From Acidobacteriota bacterium (GTDB lineage: Bacteria; Acidobacteriota; Thermoanaerobaculia; Gp7-AA8), in assembly GCA_019244185.1 (NCBI GenBank), contig JAFATB010000008.1:1-53190 (forward strand): a stretch of DNA of 53,190 nt. The letters run 5' to 3'. The notes beneath the pieces are model-generated. The model ran no database searches. It was not told the origin of the DNA and worked only from the letters and a program-made list of their open reading frames with translations. Position numbers and translations under genes: made by a program. This document shows, piece by piece, positions 16,523 to 26,768 of this stretch. Numbering within the stretch: position 1 is the stretch's first letter; each line of letters starts with the position of its first letter.

Positions 16523-17349
16523 CGTGCTTCTTCGAGCATCACACGGGGATCGTCCGCGGCGACTGCGAGGCCGAGATGATGCAGGGCGATGGCGAGGGAA
16601 TCGCGCACGCGATCAGCGTCGAGCGTTGGGAGCGGCAGAGCCGCGTCGCGTTTGCTGAGTTTCGCGCCGTCGGGATTCGTGACGAGCGGGAGGTGCGCGT
16701 ACGACGGCGTGGGGTAGCCGAGCGCGCGCTGGAGGGCGATCTGGCGGGCGGTGGAGGGGAGGAGATCGGCGCCGCGGACGACTTGCGTCACGCCTTGTTC
16801 GGCGTCGTCGACGACGACGGCGAGTTGATAGGCGAAGAGACCGTCGGCGCGGCGGACCACGAAATCGTCGGCGGTGTCTTCGATCGTGCCGGCGAGTGCA
16901 TCGGTGAATGTGATGACTTCGGAAGTCGCGCGGAAACGGATCGCGCGCGGTGGTTTGTTGGGAGGCAGACCGTTGCGGCAGGTGCCGGGATAGACGGGCT
17001 CCTGGCCGAGCGGTGCGGATGCGGCGCGTTGCAGGTCGGCGCGGGAGCAGGCGCAGTCGAAGACGCGGTGGTGAGCGCGGAGTTGATCGAGCGCGTGTTC
17101 GTAGAGCGCGGTGCGTTGCGACTGATGGACGACCTCGCCGTCCCAGGTGAGGCCGTAGCGGATCAGCGTGGAGAGGATCTCGTCCGCGCTGCCGGCGACG
17201 ACGCGCGGCGTGTCGAGGTCTTCGATGCGCACGAGCCAGCGGCCGTTCGCGGCATGCGCGTGGAGCCACGAGCCGGCGGCGGCGACGAGGCTGCCGAGGT
17301 GCAGGGGGCCGGTGGGAGAGGGCGCGAAGCGGCCGGTGACAGGCGGCAC
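16471..17349 (-). CDS. gluQ: glutamyl-Q tRNA(Asp) synthetase
   Basis: [46 protein letters not shown] and KLSKR. It lacks an anticodon-binding domain. Confidence 0.93.
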   Translation of the reverse strand: MPPVTGRFAPSPTGPLHLGSLVAAAGSWLHAHAANGRWLVRIEDLDTPRVVAGSADEILSTLIRYGLTWDGEVVHQSQRTALYEHALDQLRAHHRVFDCACSRADLQRAASAPLGQEPVYPGTCRNGLPPNKPPRAIRFRATSEVITFTDALAGTIEDTADDFVVRRADGLFAYQLAVVVDDAEQGVTQVVRGADLLPSTARQIALQRALGYPTPSYAHLPLVTNPDGAKLSKRDAALPLPTLDADRVRDSLAIALHHLGLAVAADDPRVMLEEARERLRRAGPAGSAKGLA

Positions 17350-17352
17350 GCC

Positions 17353-18045
17353 TCAAGATAGCGCACGGGCAATGTAGTCGCTGAGCGCGCGATCGGCGCC
17401 GTGGCGTTCGGCGACGGCGGATTCGTTCGCGTAGAGATTGCGCAGCGACTGTTCGATGGCCGCGTCGCCGCCGGTGAACTCGTCGATGAGCGCGCGCCAC
17501 TGCTTTGCGAGCGCGACGACGCGCGGATGCTTCGGATCGGTGCCGCGCGCGAGCTCCTCGCGGACGCGCTGCATGAGTCGCGGCCATTCGCTCTGTGCTT
17601 CGCGCAGACGCGACTCGCCGAGCTGCTCGCGGCGTGCGGCGAGCGCGTCGAGCTGCGGCTTCGAGTAGTACTTTTCGAAGAGCGTCATCGTCTCGATCGT
17701 CTGCAGCAGCTCATCGACGGTCGACGCGCTCGAGGCGAGATGCTCGAGGCGCGCGCAGAGCTCCTGCTGCATCGCGATCTGCTCGCGCAGCCGCGCGACA
17801 TGCATGGCGATCACGCGTTGTGCGTCCGCGCCGCGGAGCATCTCCGCGATCTGTTCGAGCGAGAAGTTCATCTGCCGCAGCGACACGATCTGCTGCAGGC
17901 GCGCGATCTCGTCGCGGCCGTAGAGGCGATGTCCCGACGGCGTGCGATGCGACGGCACGAGCAGGCCGATCGCGTCGTAGTGATGCAGGGTGCGCACGGA
18001 GACGCCGCTGCGTTTCGCGAGGTCGCCGATCTTCAGTTCATCCAT
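17353..18045 (-). CDS. MerR family regulator with TipAS-like C-terminal domain
   Basis: IGDLAKRSGVSVRTLHHYDAIGLL..SGHRLY, and a C-terminal W..LIDEFTGGD segment. Confidence 0.88.
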   Translation of the reverse strand: MDELKIGDLAKRSGVSVRTLHHYDAIGLLVPSHRTPSGHRLYGRDEIARLQQIVSLRQMNFSLEQIAEMLRGADAQRVIAMHVARLREQIAMQQELCARLEHLASSASTVDELLQTIETMTLFEKYYSKPQLDALAARREQLGESRLREAQSEWPRLMQRVREELARGTDPKHPRVVALAKQWRALIDEFTGGDAAIEQSLRNLYANESAVAERHGADRALSDYIARALS

Positions 18046-18637
18046 GGCGCAGGAACTCCGACGCGGCGAACGAGAGCTGCAGCGCGCGCCGCGAACTCGT
18101 GCTGCGGTTGCGCGTGCCGCTGTGCCAGAGATGTCCGTTGAACAGCAGCACCGAGCCGGCCGGCGCGACGACGATCGTCTCGTCGGGATGGCGCGCGTTC
18201 GGATCGGCGAAGTTCTTCGGCACCGCGCCGCGGCGATGCGTCGCGGGCACGATGCGCGTCGCGCCGTTGTCGCGCGTGAAGTCGTCGAGCATCCACAGCG
18301 TCGTCACGATCGCGTACGCGTTGCCCACGCGCGCGGTCCAGTCGGCGTGCAGCCCCTGCTGGCCGAAGCCCGGCCGCGGATCGCGGCCGTGAAAGCCGAA
18401 GACGCCGTACGGCCGCTGGAGGATGTGCGCGACGGCGGACGCGATCTCCGGATGCGCGACGACGCGTTCGAAGACTGCGCCCTGCAGCGGCTCGACGTGA
18501 CGCGTGCCGCTGTCGCTGCGCGGTTTCGCCGCGGCTGCCTCTTCGAACGCCGCGCGCAGCTCCGCGAGCCACGCGCGATCGACGACCTCGCGGAACACGA
18601 CGAAGCCCTGCTCGTCGAGCGCGCGCGTCACGTCCAC
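18038..18637 (-). CDS. phytanoyl-CoA dioxygenase (PhyH) family Fe(II)/2OG dioxygenase
   Basis: LHADW, MLDDFTRDNGATRIVP and HLWHSG.RN...RR. GTG start overlaps the upstream gene. Confidence 0.85.
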   Translation of the reverse strand: MDVTRALDEQGFVVFREVVDRAWLAELRAAFEEAAAAKPRSDSGTRHVEPLQGAVFERVVAHPEIASAVAHILQRPYGVFGFHGRDPRPGFGQQGLHADWTARVGNAYAIVTTLWMLDDFTRDNGATRIVPATHRRGAVPKNFADPNARHPDETIVVAPAGSVLLFNGHLWHSGTRNRSTSSRRALQLSFAASEFLRHG

Positions 18638-19500
18638 TGCCGGCCCCAACGATCGATCGCGTCCGCGACGCGCGGATCGACGTCGCCTTCCGCCATGAAC
18701 GAGTCGCCGCGTTTGAAGAAATGCTGGATGCCGTCGAACAGCGCGACCGTCGTCGACGCCGCCTCGCGCCGCGCAGCGATCGCCTGCGCGTGATGCGGAC
18801 GCACGGACGTGTCGGCCTCGCCCTGCACGAGCAGCAGCGGCTGCGCGCATTTCGCCGCCTCCGCCGCGGGATCGACCGCATCGACGTCGCGGATGTAGTC
18901 CCACGCGGCGGCGTTCATCGTGCCGAGGAGCTCCGTGCCGCGGATGCCGCAGAGTGCGGCGGGGATCGCCTCGCCGCGGCGCACGTGGTCCATCGCCGCG
19001 TCGAAATTCGCGAGCGCTTCCGGCGCGGGCTCGACTTGTTCGCGCATGATCGAGAGCAGCCCGGTGGACGGTGCGGCGAGGCCGACGACGCCGTCGATCG
19101 CACGCTCCTCCTGGGCGAGAAGAAAGGCTACCACCGCGCCTTCGCTGTGTCCCGCGACGAGCACGCGCGGCGGGTGCGTCGCCTCGCGCAGCATCGCCAG
19201 CGCCACGCGTGCGACGTCGACGCGCGTGCGGAAGCGGCGATGCGAGACAGCCGCGGCCGCGTCGATGACTTCGGTGCCGGTGCCCGGCCCCGGCTTCGCG
19301 TAACGCAGCGACGCCCAGCCGCGCCGCGCGAGCTGTTCCGCGAGTTGCGCGTAGACGCGCGGGTAGAAGTTCCACGACGGGTAATCGCCGTCGGCGTTGC
19401 TGAAGAGCGAGCCGGGCACGAGCAGCACGGCGCCGGCGAGCTCGCCCTCCGGCAGCGTCAGCGCGGCGGGAAAGGTCATTCCTGCGAATGCGACGTTCAT
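18628..19500 (-). CDS. alpha/beta hydrolase
   Basis: GHSEG nucleophile elbow, QGEAD and QH triad positions. Confidence 0.85.
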   Translation of the reverse strand: MNVAFAGMTFPAALTLPEGELAGAVLLVPGSLFSNADGDYPSWNFYPRVYAQLAEQLARRGWASLRYAKPGPGTGTEVIDAAAAVSHRRFRTRVDVARVALAMLREATHPPRVLVAGHSEGAVVAFLLAQEERAIDGVVGLAAPSTGLLSIMREQVEPAPEALANFDAAMDHVRRGEAIPAALCGIRGTELLGTMNAAAWDYIRDVDAVDPAAEAAKCAQPLLLVQGEADTSVRPHHAQAIAARREAASTTVALFDGIQHFFKRGDSFMAEGDVDPRVADAIDRWGRQWT

Positions 19501-19563
19501 CGGCGCAGGCTAAAACCTCACGCAACGTCAGGTGCAAGCGTTTTTCGATATGCTCTGCCGATC

Positions 19564-20565
19564 ATGAAAACGTTCCTCGTCGCTTCGGCGCTCTCGCTCT
19601 GTTCGCTCGCCGCGATCGCCCAGCAGCCGCAGAACCCCAGCGGTGTTCCGGCGCTGCCGAGCGACGCGAACATGGACCTCGTCGCCTCCGACCTGCGCAC
19701 CGTCGCGCGCGTCGCCGGCGTCGCCGAAGACCTCGGCCGCGTGCGGCAGGTGCTGCTCGACATCCTCGACAGCGACATCAAGACGCTGCGCGGCCCGCGC
19801 GAGGACGGCACGTATCAGTGGGCGTCGCTGCAGCGCGAGGAAGGCGGCCGCGTCAGCGACGAGAAGAGCGTCGAGTACGTGTTCTCCGAGAAAGTGCTGC
19901 GCGAGGTGACGCTCACCGGCGCGAACGCGTACCGCGTCGAAGTCTCGGTGCCGAAGAAGCGCGGCACGTTCCAGGCGAACAACTCCGTCTTCGTGCGCAA
20001 CGTCATCGTCGATTCCACGCTCTTCGACGGCCGCACCGTGCATCACGAGATCCCGATCAACGTCTGGGTCGAGCCGGGCGACGCCACCGGCGGTCCGCTG
20101 CCGGAGATCGGCAAGTCGGTCAAAGCGCTCGTCGAGCTCGGCGTCGAGAAGGGCGACAAGCAGGCCGTCGCGAAAGTCTCGCTCGTGCAGGCGAAGCTCG
20201 CCGACGATCCGAACAGTCCGTACTACCCCGCCGTCACGCGCCTCGTCGCGATCCGCGACCTCGCCGCGGCGAAGGAGATCAACCGCGGACAGCTCAAGAA
20301 CGCGGCCGACGAGGCGCTGGTCGCGCTGCCGGGCGAGCTCGAGAAGCGCAACGCGCAGCTCGCGGCGGCGGATGAACAGCGCAAGCAGATGGCCGCGAAC
20401 GGCACGATGCGCGGCTCGATCGCGCTCGGCGACGCCACGCCCGATGTGGTCAACGAGTTGACCGAAATTCAGCGGCTGATGAACGGCACCGTCGCCGAGC
20501 AGGCGGAAGGTCGCGACCGGCTGACAAAGCTGATCGCGGGACTCACTCCGGCTCGCGTGCAGTAA
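19564..20565 (+). CDS. secreted hypothetical protein
   Basis: Signal peptide MKTFLVASALSLCSLAAIA and host-like codon usage. I recognise no family. Confidence 0.8.
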   Translation: MKTFLVASALSLCSLAAIAQQPQNPSGVPALPSDANMDLVASDLRTVARVAGVAEDLGRVRQVLLDILDSDIKTLRGPREDGTYQWASLQREEGGRVSDEKSVEYVFSEKVLREVTLTGANAYRVEVSVPKKRGTFQANNSVFVRNVIVDSTLFDGRTVHHEIPINVWVEPGDATGGPLPEIGKSVKALVELGVEKGDKQAVAKVSLVQAKLADDPNSPYYPAVTRLVAIRDLAAAKEINRGQLKNAADEALVALPGELEKRNAQLAAADEQRKQMAANGTMRGSIALGDATPDVVNELTEIQRLMNGTVAEQAEGRDRLTKLIAGLTPARVQ

Positions 20566-23005
20566 ACGGTGCGGCTTTCCAGATCTCGTCCGCGTACTCC
20601 TTGACGGTACGGTCGCCGGAGAACCAGCCGCTGCGCGCGGTGTTGAGAATCGACATGCGCGTCCAGTCGTCGGCGCGCTGCCACTGCTCGGCGGCGCGCT
20701 GCTGCGTCGCGACGTACGACGCGAAGTCCGCGCAGTGGAAGTAGCGGTCCGCGGTCTTGAGCATGTCCGCCACCGGCTGGAAGATCCCGCCGCTCAGCGT
20801 GCCGATCGTCTCCACGACGCGCGCGAGCACCGGGTCGGCGTTGATCAGCGCGCGCGAGTCGTAGCCGCCCGCGCGCAGCGCCGCGATCTCTTCCGCGGTC
20901 TTGCCGAAGATGAAGAGGTTCTCCTTGCCGACCTGCTCCGCGATCTCGATGTTCGCGCCGTCGAGCGTGCCGATGAGCAGCCCGCCGTTGAGCACCGCTT
21001 TCATGCAGCCGGTGCCCGACGCTTCGGTGCCCGCGGTCGAGATCTGTTCCGAGAGCTCCGTCGCCGGGAACAGCAGCTCCGCGGCGCTGACGTCATAGTT
21101 CGGCACGAAGACCACGTTGAGCTTTCGCGCGACGTTCGGATTCGCGCGCACCATCGCCGCGACCGCATGAATCAGCTGAATGAACAGCTTGGCGATGTAG
21201 TAGCTCGGCGCCGCCTTGCCGCCGAAGATCACCGTGCGCGGCGCGATCGCATCGTCGCCGTCCGCGAGCCGGTGATGCAGCGCGATCACGTGCATCACGT
21301 TCAGCAGCTGCCGCTTGTACTCGTGCATGCGCTTGATCTGGATGTCGAAGAGCGACTCCGGATCGGCGTCGAGCTGATGGCAGAGGCGCAGCCAGCGCAC
21401 GAGCGCTTCCTTCCGCTGCAGCTTCACCGCGCGCCAGCGCTCGCGGAACGACGTGTCGTCGGCGAAGGCCTCGAGCCCGCGCAGCGCCGCAAGATCCGCC
21501 GGCCACGCGTCGGCGATCGCGGAGGTGATCAGCGCGGAGAGCTCGGGATTCGACTGCAGCAGCCAGCGCCGCGGCGTGATGCCGTTCGTCTTGTTGTTGA
21601 ACTTCTTGGGAAAGAACGCGTGGAAGTCGGGAAAGATGCGCGAGGTGAGGATGTCGGTGTGCAGCCGCGCGACGCCGTTCACCGAATGCGAGCCGACGAT
21701 GGCGAGGTTGGCCATGCGCACGCTCTGCGCGCCGTCGTCGATGATGGCCATGCGCTTCAGCTTCGCGTCGTCGCCGGGATGCGCGACCACGATGGCCGCG
21801 CGGAATCTCCGATCGATCTCCTGCACGATCTGCAGATGCCTCGGCAGCAGCTTCCCCATCAGTTCCGTCGACCACGACTCGAGCGCCTCGGGTAAGACAG
21901 TGTGGTTCGTGTACGCGAAGACGCGCTGGCAGAGCCACCACGCCGTGTCCCAGTCGATCGCGTGCTCGTCGACGAGAACGCGCATCGTCTCCGGGATCGC
22001 GATCGACGGATGCGTGTCGTTGAGCTGGATGGCGACCTTGTCGGGCAGCTCCTGCCATTGCCGCTCCGGCTGTTTGCGGAAGCGGCGGATGACGTCCTGA
22101 ATCGTCGCGGAGGTGAAGAAGTACTGCTGCTTGAGTCGCAGCTCGCGTCCGGCGTAGACGTCGTCCTTCGGATAGAGAACCTTCGAGATGTTCTCGCTGC
22201 TGGTCTTGTCCTGCACGGCGTCGATGTATGCGCCGGCGTTGAATTTATCGAGGTCGAACTCGCGGCTCGACTTGGCGGCCCAGAGCCGCAGTGTGTTGAC
22301 GATGTCGTTGTGGTAGCCGGGGATGGCCACGTCGTAGGCCATCGCGTAGACGGTCTCCGCGTCGACCCAGCGCATGCGGCTGCGACCCTGCTCGTCGGTG
22401 TACGACTCGACGCGGCCGTAGAACTTCACCGGAAAGAGCACGTCGGGACGCGCGACTTCCCACGGGTTGCCGTAGCGCAGCCAGTTGTCGGGCGCTTCGA
22501 ACTGCTGCCCGTCGCGGATGCGCTGGCGGAAGATGCCGTACTCGTAGCGGATGCCGTAACCGTAGAACGGCAGCGCGAGCGTCGACGCGGAATCGAGAAA
22601 GCACGCAGCGAGACGGCCGAGTCCTCCGTTGCCGAGTCCTGCGTCGCTCTCGCGTTCCGCCAGCGAATCGAGACGGAAGCCGAGCCGGTCCATCGCCTCG
22701 ACGAAGTCGCGCTTCGCGCCGAGGCTGATCATGTTCGAGACGAGGAGACGCCCGAGGAGAAACTCGAGCGAGAGGTAGTAAACGCGCTTCACGTCGTCGC
22801 GGTAGTACGCGTCCTGCGTTTTGAACCAGCGGTCCATGAGGCGGTCGCGCGTCGCGTACGCGAGCGCCTGAAACGCGTTCTCGTCGGTGGCGTTGAACTC
22901 GTCGCGCGCGACCGAGTACATCATCCGGTGCGCGAACGCGTCGATGATCGACGCCGGATCGAGTCCGCCGGGTTTCGGCTTCGGAATCGTGCGCTCGTTT
23001 CTCAT
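20543..23005 (-). CDS. glgP: glycogen/starch/alpha-glucan phosphorylase
   Basis: GLGNGGLGRLAACFLDS, LRLKQQYFF, QLNDTHP, TNGITPRRW, QIKRMHEYKRQ and EASGTGCMK. Confidence 0.97.
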   Translation of the reverse strand: MRNERTIPKPKPGGLDPASIIDAFAHRMMYSVARDEFNATDENAFQALAYATRDRLMDRWFKTQDAYYRDDVKRVYYLSLEFLLGRLLVSNMISLGAKRDFVEAMDRLGFRLDSLAERESDAGLGNGGLGRLAACFLDSASTLALPFYGYGIRYEYGIFRQRIRDGQQFEAPDNWLRYGNPWEVARPDVLFPVKFYGRVESYTDEQGRSRMRWVDAETVYAMAYDVAIPGYHNDIVNTLRLWAAKSSREFDLDKFNAGAYIDAVQDKTSSENISKVLYPKDDVYAGRELRLKQQYFFTSATIQDVIRRFRKQPERQWQELPDKVAIQLNDTHPSIAIPETMRVLVDEHAIDWDTAWWLCQRVFAYTNHTVLPEALESWSTELMGKLLPRHLQIVQEIDRRFRAAIVVAHPGDDAKLKRMAIIDDGAQSVRMANLAIVGSHSVNGVARLHTDILTSRIFPDFHAFFPKKFNNKTNGITPRRWLLQSNPELSALITSAIADAWPADLAALRGLEAFADDTSFRERWRAVKLQRKEALVRWLRLCHQLDADPESLFDIQIKRMHEYKRQLLNVMHVIALHHRLADGDDAIAPRTVIFGGKAAPSYYIAKLFIQLIHAVAAMVRANPNVARKLNVVFVPNYDVSAAELLFPATELSEQISTAGTEASGTGCMKAVLNGGLLIGTLDGANIEIAEQVGKENLFIFGKTAEEIAALRAGGYDSRALINADPVLARVVETIGTLSGGIFQPVADMLKTADRYFHCADFASYVATQQRAAEQWQRADDWTRMSILNTARSGWFSGDRTVKEYADEIWKAAPFTAREPE

Positions 23006-23505
23006 CGGGTGATCCCGTACACGAGCGAACGATATCCCGCGACCTCCACTTCTCCTTCGACCGTTTCACCGATGCGCTCGGCCACGCGGATCGACGCGAC
23101 GTTCGCGGGATCGATGAGACTGATGACGTGGTCGCGTCCCATCTCGTCGAACGCGTAGTCGAGACAACGCCGCGCCGCTTCCGTCGCGTAGCCTTTGCCC
23201 CAGAAGTTGCGGCCGAGCGTCCAGCCGAGCTCGAACGCCGGCCAGCCGTCGGGGTAGTAGAAGCCGACGCGCCCGACGAGATGTCCGCTGCTTTTCTCGA
23301 ACACGCCCCACATGCCGTAGCCGCGCAGCACCCAGTGGCCCGCGATCATGGCCATGTGCCGCCACGCGTCGTACCGCGAGAGTTGCGCGCGCACGGTGAA
23401 CCGCGTGACCTCGGAATCGACGTGAATCGCCGCGTATTCGTCGAAGTCCTCCGCCTGCAGCATGCGCAGGCGGAGGCGATCGGTTTCGAGAACGGGCGCG
23501 TTCAG
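23002..23505 (-). CDS. GNAT (RimJ/RimL-type) N-acetyltransferase; start possibly CTG
   Basis: PVLETDRLRLR, ELGW...WGKGYATEAA and NVASIRVAERIG. Confidence 0.88.
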   Translation of the reverse strand: MNAPVLETDRLRLRMLQAEDFDEYAAIHVDSEVTRFTVRAQLSRYDAWRHMAMIAGHWVLRGYGMWGVFEKSSGHLVGRVGFYYPDGWPAFELGWTLGRNFWGKGYATEAARRCLDYAFDEMGRDHVISLIDPANVASIRVAERIGETVEGEVEVAGYRSLVYGITR

Positions 23506-26312
23506 AACGTGACTCGGATTCCGAAACGCGCGCGGGTGGGCGGCGTGCGCAGGACCGGCTTGCCGTAATCCGCGTTGGTGGGCGTGGCCGAGCCGTTGTT
23601 CTCCTCGTGCAGACTCCAGCGTTCGTCGAGCAGCACGGCGCGTTGCGCGTTGAGCACGTTGAAGACGTCGAGCAGGAGATTGACGGTCACGCCGCGCACC
23701 GCGATCGGATAGCCGGCGTGCAGATCGGCCTCGTAGTTGCTCGGCATGCGTCCTTCGCCGCCGCGGTCGGTGAGGAAGAACTCGTAGCGGCCGTACGCGT
23801 CGGAGTAGCCGTAGCGCGTGAACGGCAGGCCGCTGCTCCAGTATGCGGAGGCGCCGAGGTCGAGCTTCCACGGTGTCTGGTATGTGCCGGAGACCTTCAA
23901 CTGATGGCGGCGATCGTTGGAGAGCGGGCCGCGATTCGTGACGGTTCCGAGGTCGCTGCCGTTCGTGAAGAAGTCGTAGTAGTCGTACGCGGCGCTGATG
24001 TTCGGATCGGCGCCGATGTTGGTGAACGGCGCGTACTCGCCGTCGAAGTTTCCTTCGAGCTTCGAGTAGAGATACGACGCGATGGCCTGCCAGTGATTCG
24101 AGAAGCGCTTCGTCGCGTCGAGCTGCACGCCCTTGAACGTGCGCTTCGCTTTCGGCGCCGCGTGCGTGTGCTCGAAGTCGAGCAGGTACACGCTGGACAT
24201 GATTCCCTGCCCCGGGTTGCCGATGCAGTACGTCCCCTCGTTCGGGTCGCAGAGGAAGTCTTCGATGACCTGGCCGTAGTCGCGGTAGATGCCTTTGACG
24301 CCGACGGAGAGGTTCGGCATCACCTCGCGCTCGTAGCCGAGGAGGTACTCGTTGAGATACTGGTTCTCGAGATTGGGATCGGACGGCTCGGTGGAGCCGC
24401 CGAGGATCGTCGAGCCCGTCTTGAAGTCGGCTTCGGCGGCGGGATCGGGCGCGGTGCTGGTCGGCGAGTAGTTGATGATGCGCGGCTGGCGCTCGTACGA
24501 GAAGGAGCGGATGACGAGATCCATCGGCAGCTCTTCGTAGTAGCGGCCGTACGAGCCGTACACGCGCGCGGTGTGGTTGCCGCTCGGATCGAAGATGAAG
24601 CCGAGGCGCGGCGCGAAGTCCTTGTCGAGATTGATCTGCTGCACGCCGCCCGAGTCGATGATCTGCTGGCGGTCCCAGCGCAGTCCGGCGCTGACGACGA
24701 AGCGGTCGCTCACGCTCCAGCGATCCTGCAGGTACGCGGTCGTGACCTTGTGCTCCGGCGAGGCGTTGAGCCGCGAGAGCGGCGCGTTCGCGACGGTGGC
24801 GTCGGGCGTCGTCCAGTAGAAATGGCGATAGATCGGGAGCTCCGGATGGGCGGAGTTGGGATAGATCTCGACCTGCTGCCCTCCGGACATTTCCTTCGTG
24901 ACGTCGGCGCGGCCGATCTCGTACTCGACGCCGCCTTTGATCTCGTGCGCGCCGGCGACGCGCATGAGCGACCCGGCGAAGTGATCGCGGCGGAAGGACT
25001 TCTGCTGGATGAGGCCGAAGCCGCCGGTCTGGTAACCGTTGTTCTCGATGTCGCGGAACTGCACGCCTTCGCCCGCGGCGGTCGCGGGGCCGACGGAGTT
25101 CTCTTCCTGATGCCGCGCGGCCTGCGCGCTGAAGATCCAGCGCGAAGAGAAGGAGCCGTCGTAGCGGACGGCGAAGTCGCGGCCGCCGAAGTCCTGGCGG
25201 CCGAGATACGTCGACGGATCGCCGACGAGCGTATGCGAGGCGTCGGAGATGGCGCCGGTGTCGACGCGCGGATCCTGAAGGAACGTCGCCACGAGCGACT
25301 GGCTCGCGCCGAGGTTGTAGGTCAGCTTCGCGGAGCCGAGGTTGCGGCGGCTTCCCGAGTTCACGAGGAGGCGATGGTTCTCGTCGAGCGGGTTGTCGAC
25401 GGAGAGGTCCTTCGCATCGTTCACGCGGTCGTACGCGGCGAAGAACCAGAGCCGGTCGCGCAGCAGGAAGCCGCCGACGTCGACGCCGAAGTCTTTCTTC
25501 GTGAACGCTTCCTGCGTGCCGCTGAGCGAGACCGTCGGCTTGGCGTTCGACTGCGCGGAGTCGTTGTCGTAGTAGCCGAAGACGTCGCCGGAGAGCTCGT
25601 TGCCGCCGGACTTGGTGATGACGTTGACGATGCCGCCGGTGGAGCGGCCGTACTCCGCCTCGTAGCCGCCGGTCTTCATCTCCACTTCCCGGATGAACTC
25701 GAAGTTGAGCTCCTTGCCCTGGAAGCCGTACTCCATGCCCGTCGTGTTGACACCGTCAACCACGAACGAGTTCTCGGCGCCGGACGAGCCGTACACGGTG
25801 ATCGTCGACTGATCGGGGTTGCCGGTATTCGCGTCCGACGCGACGCCCGGCACGACCTGCACGATCGACGCGTAGTTGCGCTCCGTGGGAAGCGTCTCGA
25901 TGGCGCGCGTGTCGAGGTTGGCGCCGAGCGCCGTCGAATTCGTATCGACGATCGGCGCCTCGGCCGTCACGGTCAGCTGCTCGCTCACCGCCGCGGGACG
26001 CAGCGTCGCGTCGAGCGGCATGTCTTTGCCGAGCGAGACGTGCACGCCGTGCCGCGCTTCCGGCGCGAAGCCATCGAGCGTGTAGCGCACCTCGTAGTCG
26101 CCCGGCGGCAGCAAGGCGAAGCGATACGCGCCGTCGACCGTCGTGGTCGCGCTGCGAACGCCTTGCAACGACGCGCTGCGCGCTTCGACGGTGACGCCGG
26201 GCAGCGCGGCGCCGCTGGCGTCGGTCACGCGGCCGACGATGCCGCCCGTCGTTTGCGCGAATGCGCCGACCGCACAGAGAAGGAGCAGGGGTAGGAGCCG
26301 GAGACACCGCAT
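23502..26312 (-). CDS. TonB-dependent receptor with N-terminal carboxypeptidase-like regulatory domain (Oar-like)
   Basis: Signal peptide, GRVTDASGAALPGVTV, plug motif GGYEAEYGRSTGGIVNVITKSG, C-terminal F and an AGGAGG RBS. Confidence 0.93.
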   Translation of the reverse strand: MRCLRLLPLLLLCAVGAFAQTTGGIVGRVTDASGAALPGVTVEARSASLQGVRSATTTVDGAYRFALLPPGDYEVRYTLDGFAPEARHGVHVSLGKDMPLDATLRPAAVSEQLTVTAEAPIVDTNSTALGANLDTRAIETLPTERNYASIVQVVPGVASDANTGNPDQSTITVYGSSGAENSFVVDGVNTTGMEYGFQGKELNFEFIREVEMKTGGYEAEYGRSTGGIVNVITKSGGNELSGDVFGYYDNDSAQSNAKPTVSLSGTQEAFTKKDFGVDVGGFLLRDRLWFFAAYDRVNDAKDLSVDNPLDENHRLLVNSGSRRNLGSAKLTYNLGASQSLVATFLQDPRVDTGAISDASHTLVGDPSTYLGRQDFGGRDFAVRYDGSFSSRWIFSAQAARHQEENSVGPATAAGEGVQFRDIENNGYQTGGFGLIQQKSFRRDHFAGSLMRVAGAHEIKGGVEYEIGRADVTKEMSGGQQVEIYPNSAHPELPIYRHFYWTTPDATVANAPLSRLNASPEHKVTTAYLQDRWSVSDRFVVSAGLRWDRQQIIDSGGVQQINLDKDFAPRLGFIFDPSGNHTARVYGSYGRYYEELPMDLVIRSFSYERQPRIINYSPTSTAPDPAAEADFKTGSTILGGSTEPSDPNLENQYLNEYLLGYEREVMPNLSVGVKGIYRDYGQVIEDFLCDPNEGTYCIGNPGQGIMSSVYLLDFEHTHAAPKAKRTFKGVQLDATKRFSNHWQAIASYLYSKLEGNFDGEYAPFTNIGADPNISAAYDYYDFFTNGSDLGTVTNRGPLSNDRRHQLKVSGTYQTPWKLDLGASAYWSSGLPFTRYGYSDAYGRYEFFLTDRGGEGRMPSNYEADLHAGYPIAVRGVTVNLLLDVFNVLNAQRAVLLDERWSLHEENNGSATPTNADYGKPVLRTPPTRARFGIRVTF

Positions 26313-26359
26313 ACCAGACCTCCTGAATGATGCTTGGACCGTTTGCGCTTTGCGGCAGT

Positions 26360-26758
26360 TTAGCGCGGCCCGCCGTGGCGCGCGCGCTCGTTTCGCGCGA
26401 CGACGATCTTCTGCCGCTGCAGGATGCTGCCGGTGAGATACGCGACGCAGCCGCACAGCAGCGCGACCGCCGCGAGATGAAACGGCACGCGCACGAGAAA
26501 CGGCTGCAGCATTTCAGCGGTGAAGACGCCGCTGAGCACGAGATGCCACACGATGTTGCGCCGCGCGACGGCGAGCGTGCGACCTTCGCGATGCGGCTGC
26601 CGCGGATCGCGGCGGCGGGTGATGCGGCGTCGCAGGTGCTGCACGCCGAGGCGGCGCCAGAGACGTTGTTCGGCGGCGCTCGCGGGGACGATCAGCAACG
26701 GCACGTTCGCGAGCGTGAGCAGCGCGCCGATCGCGAAGAACCAGAGCGTTGCGGTCAT
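26360..26758 (-). CDS. hypothetical membrane protein (about 3 TM)
   Basis: Hydrophobic segments separated by a basic loop. It fills the gap between the AlkP-family gene and the TBDR. Confidence 0.55.
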   Translation of the reverse strand: MTATLWFFAIGALLTLANVPLLIVPASAAEQRLWRRLGVQHLRRRITRRRDPRQPHREGRTLAVARRNIVWHLVLSGVFTAEMLQPFLVRVPFHLAAVALLCGCVAYLTGSILQRQKIVVARNERARHGGPR

Positions 26759-26768
26759 GACGTTGCAG

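Noticed and set aside
20998-21027. GlgP PLP-site variant EASGTGCMK (usually ...GNMK)
   Set aside because: The catalytic Lys and the rest of the motif are intact, and a single substitution is not evidence of altered function.
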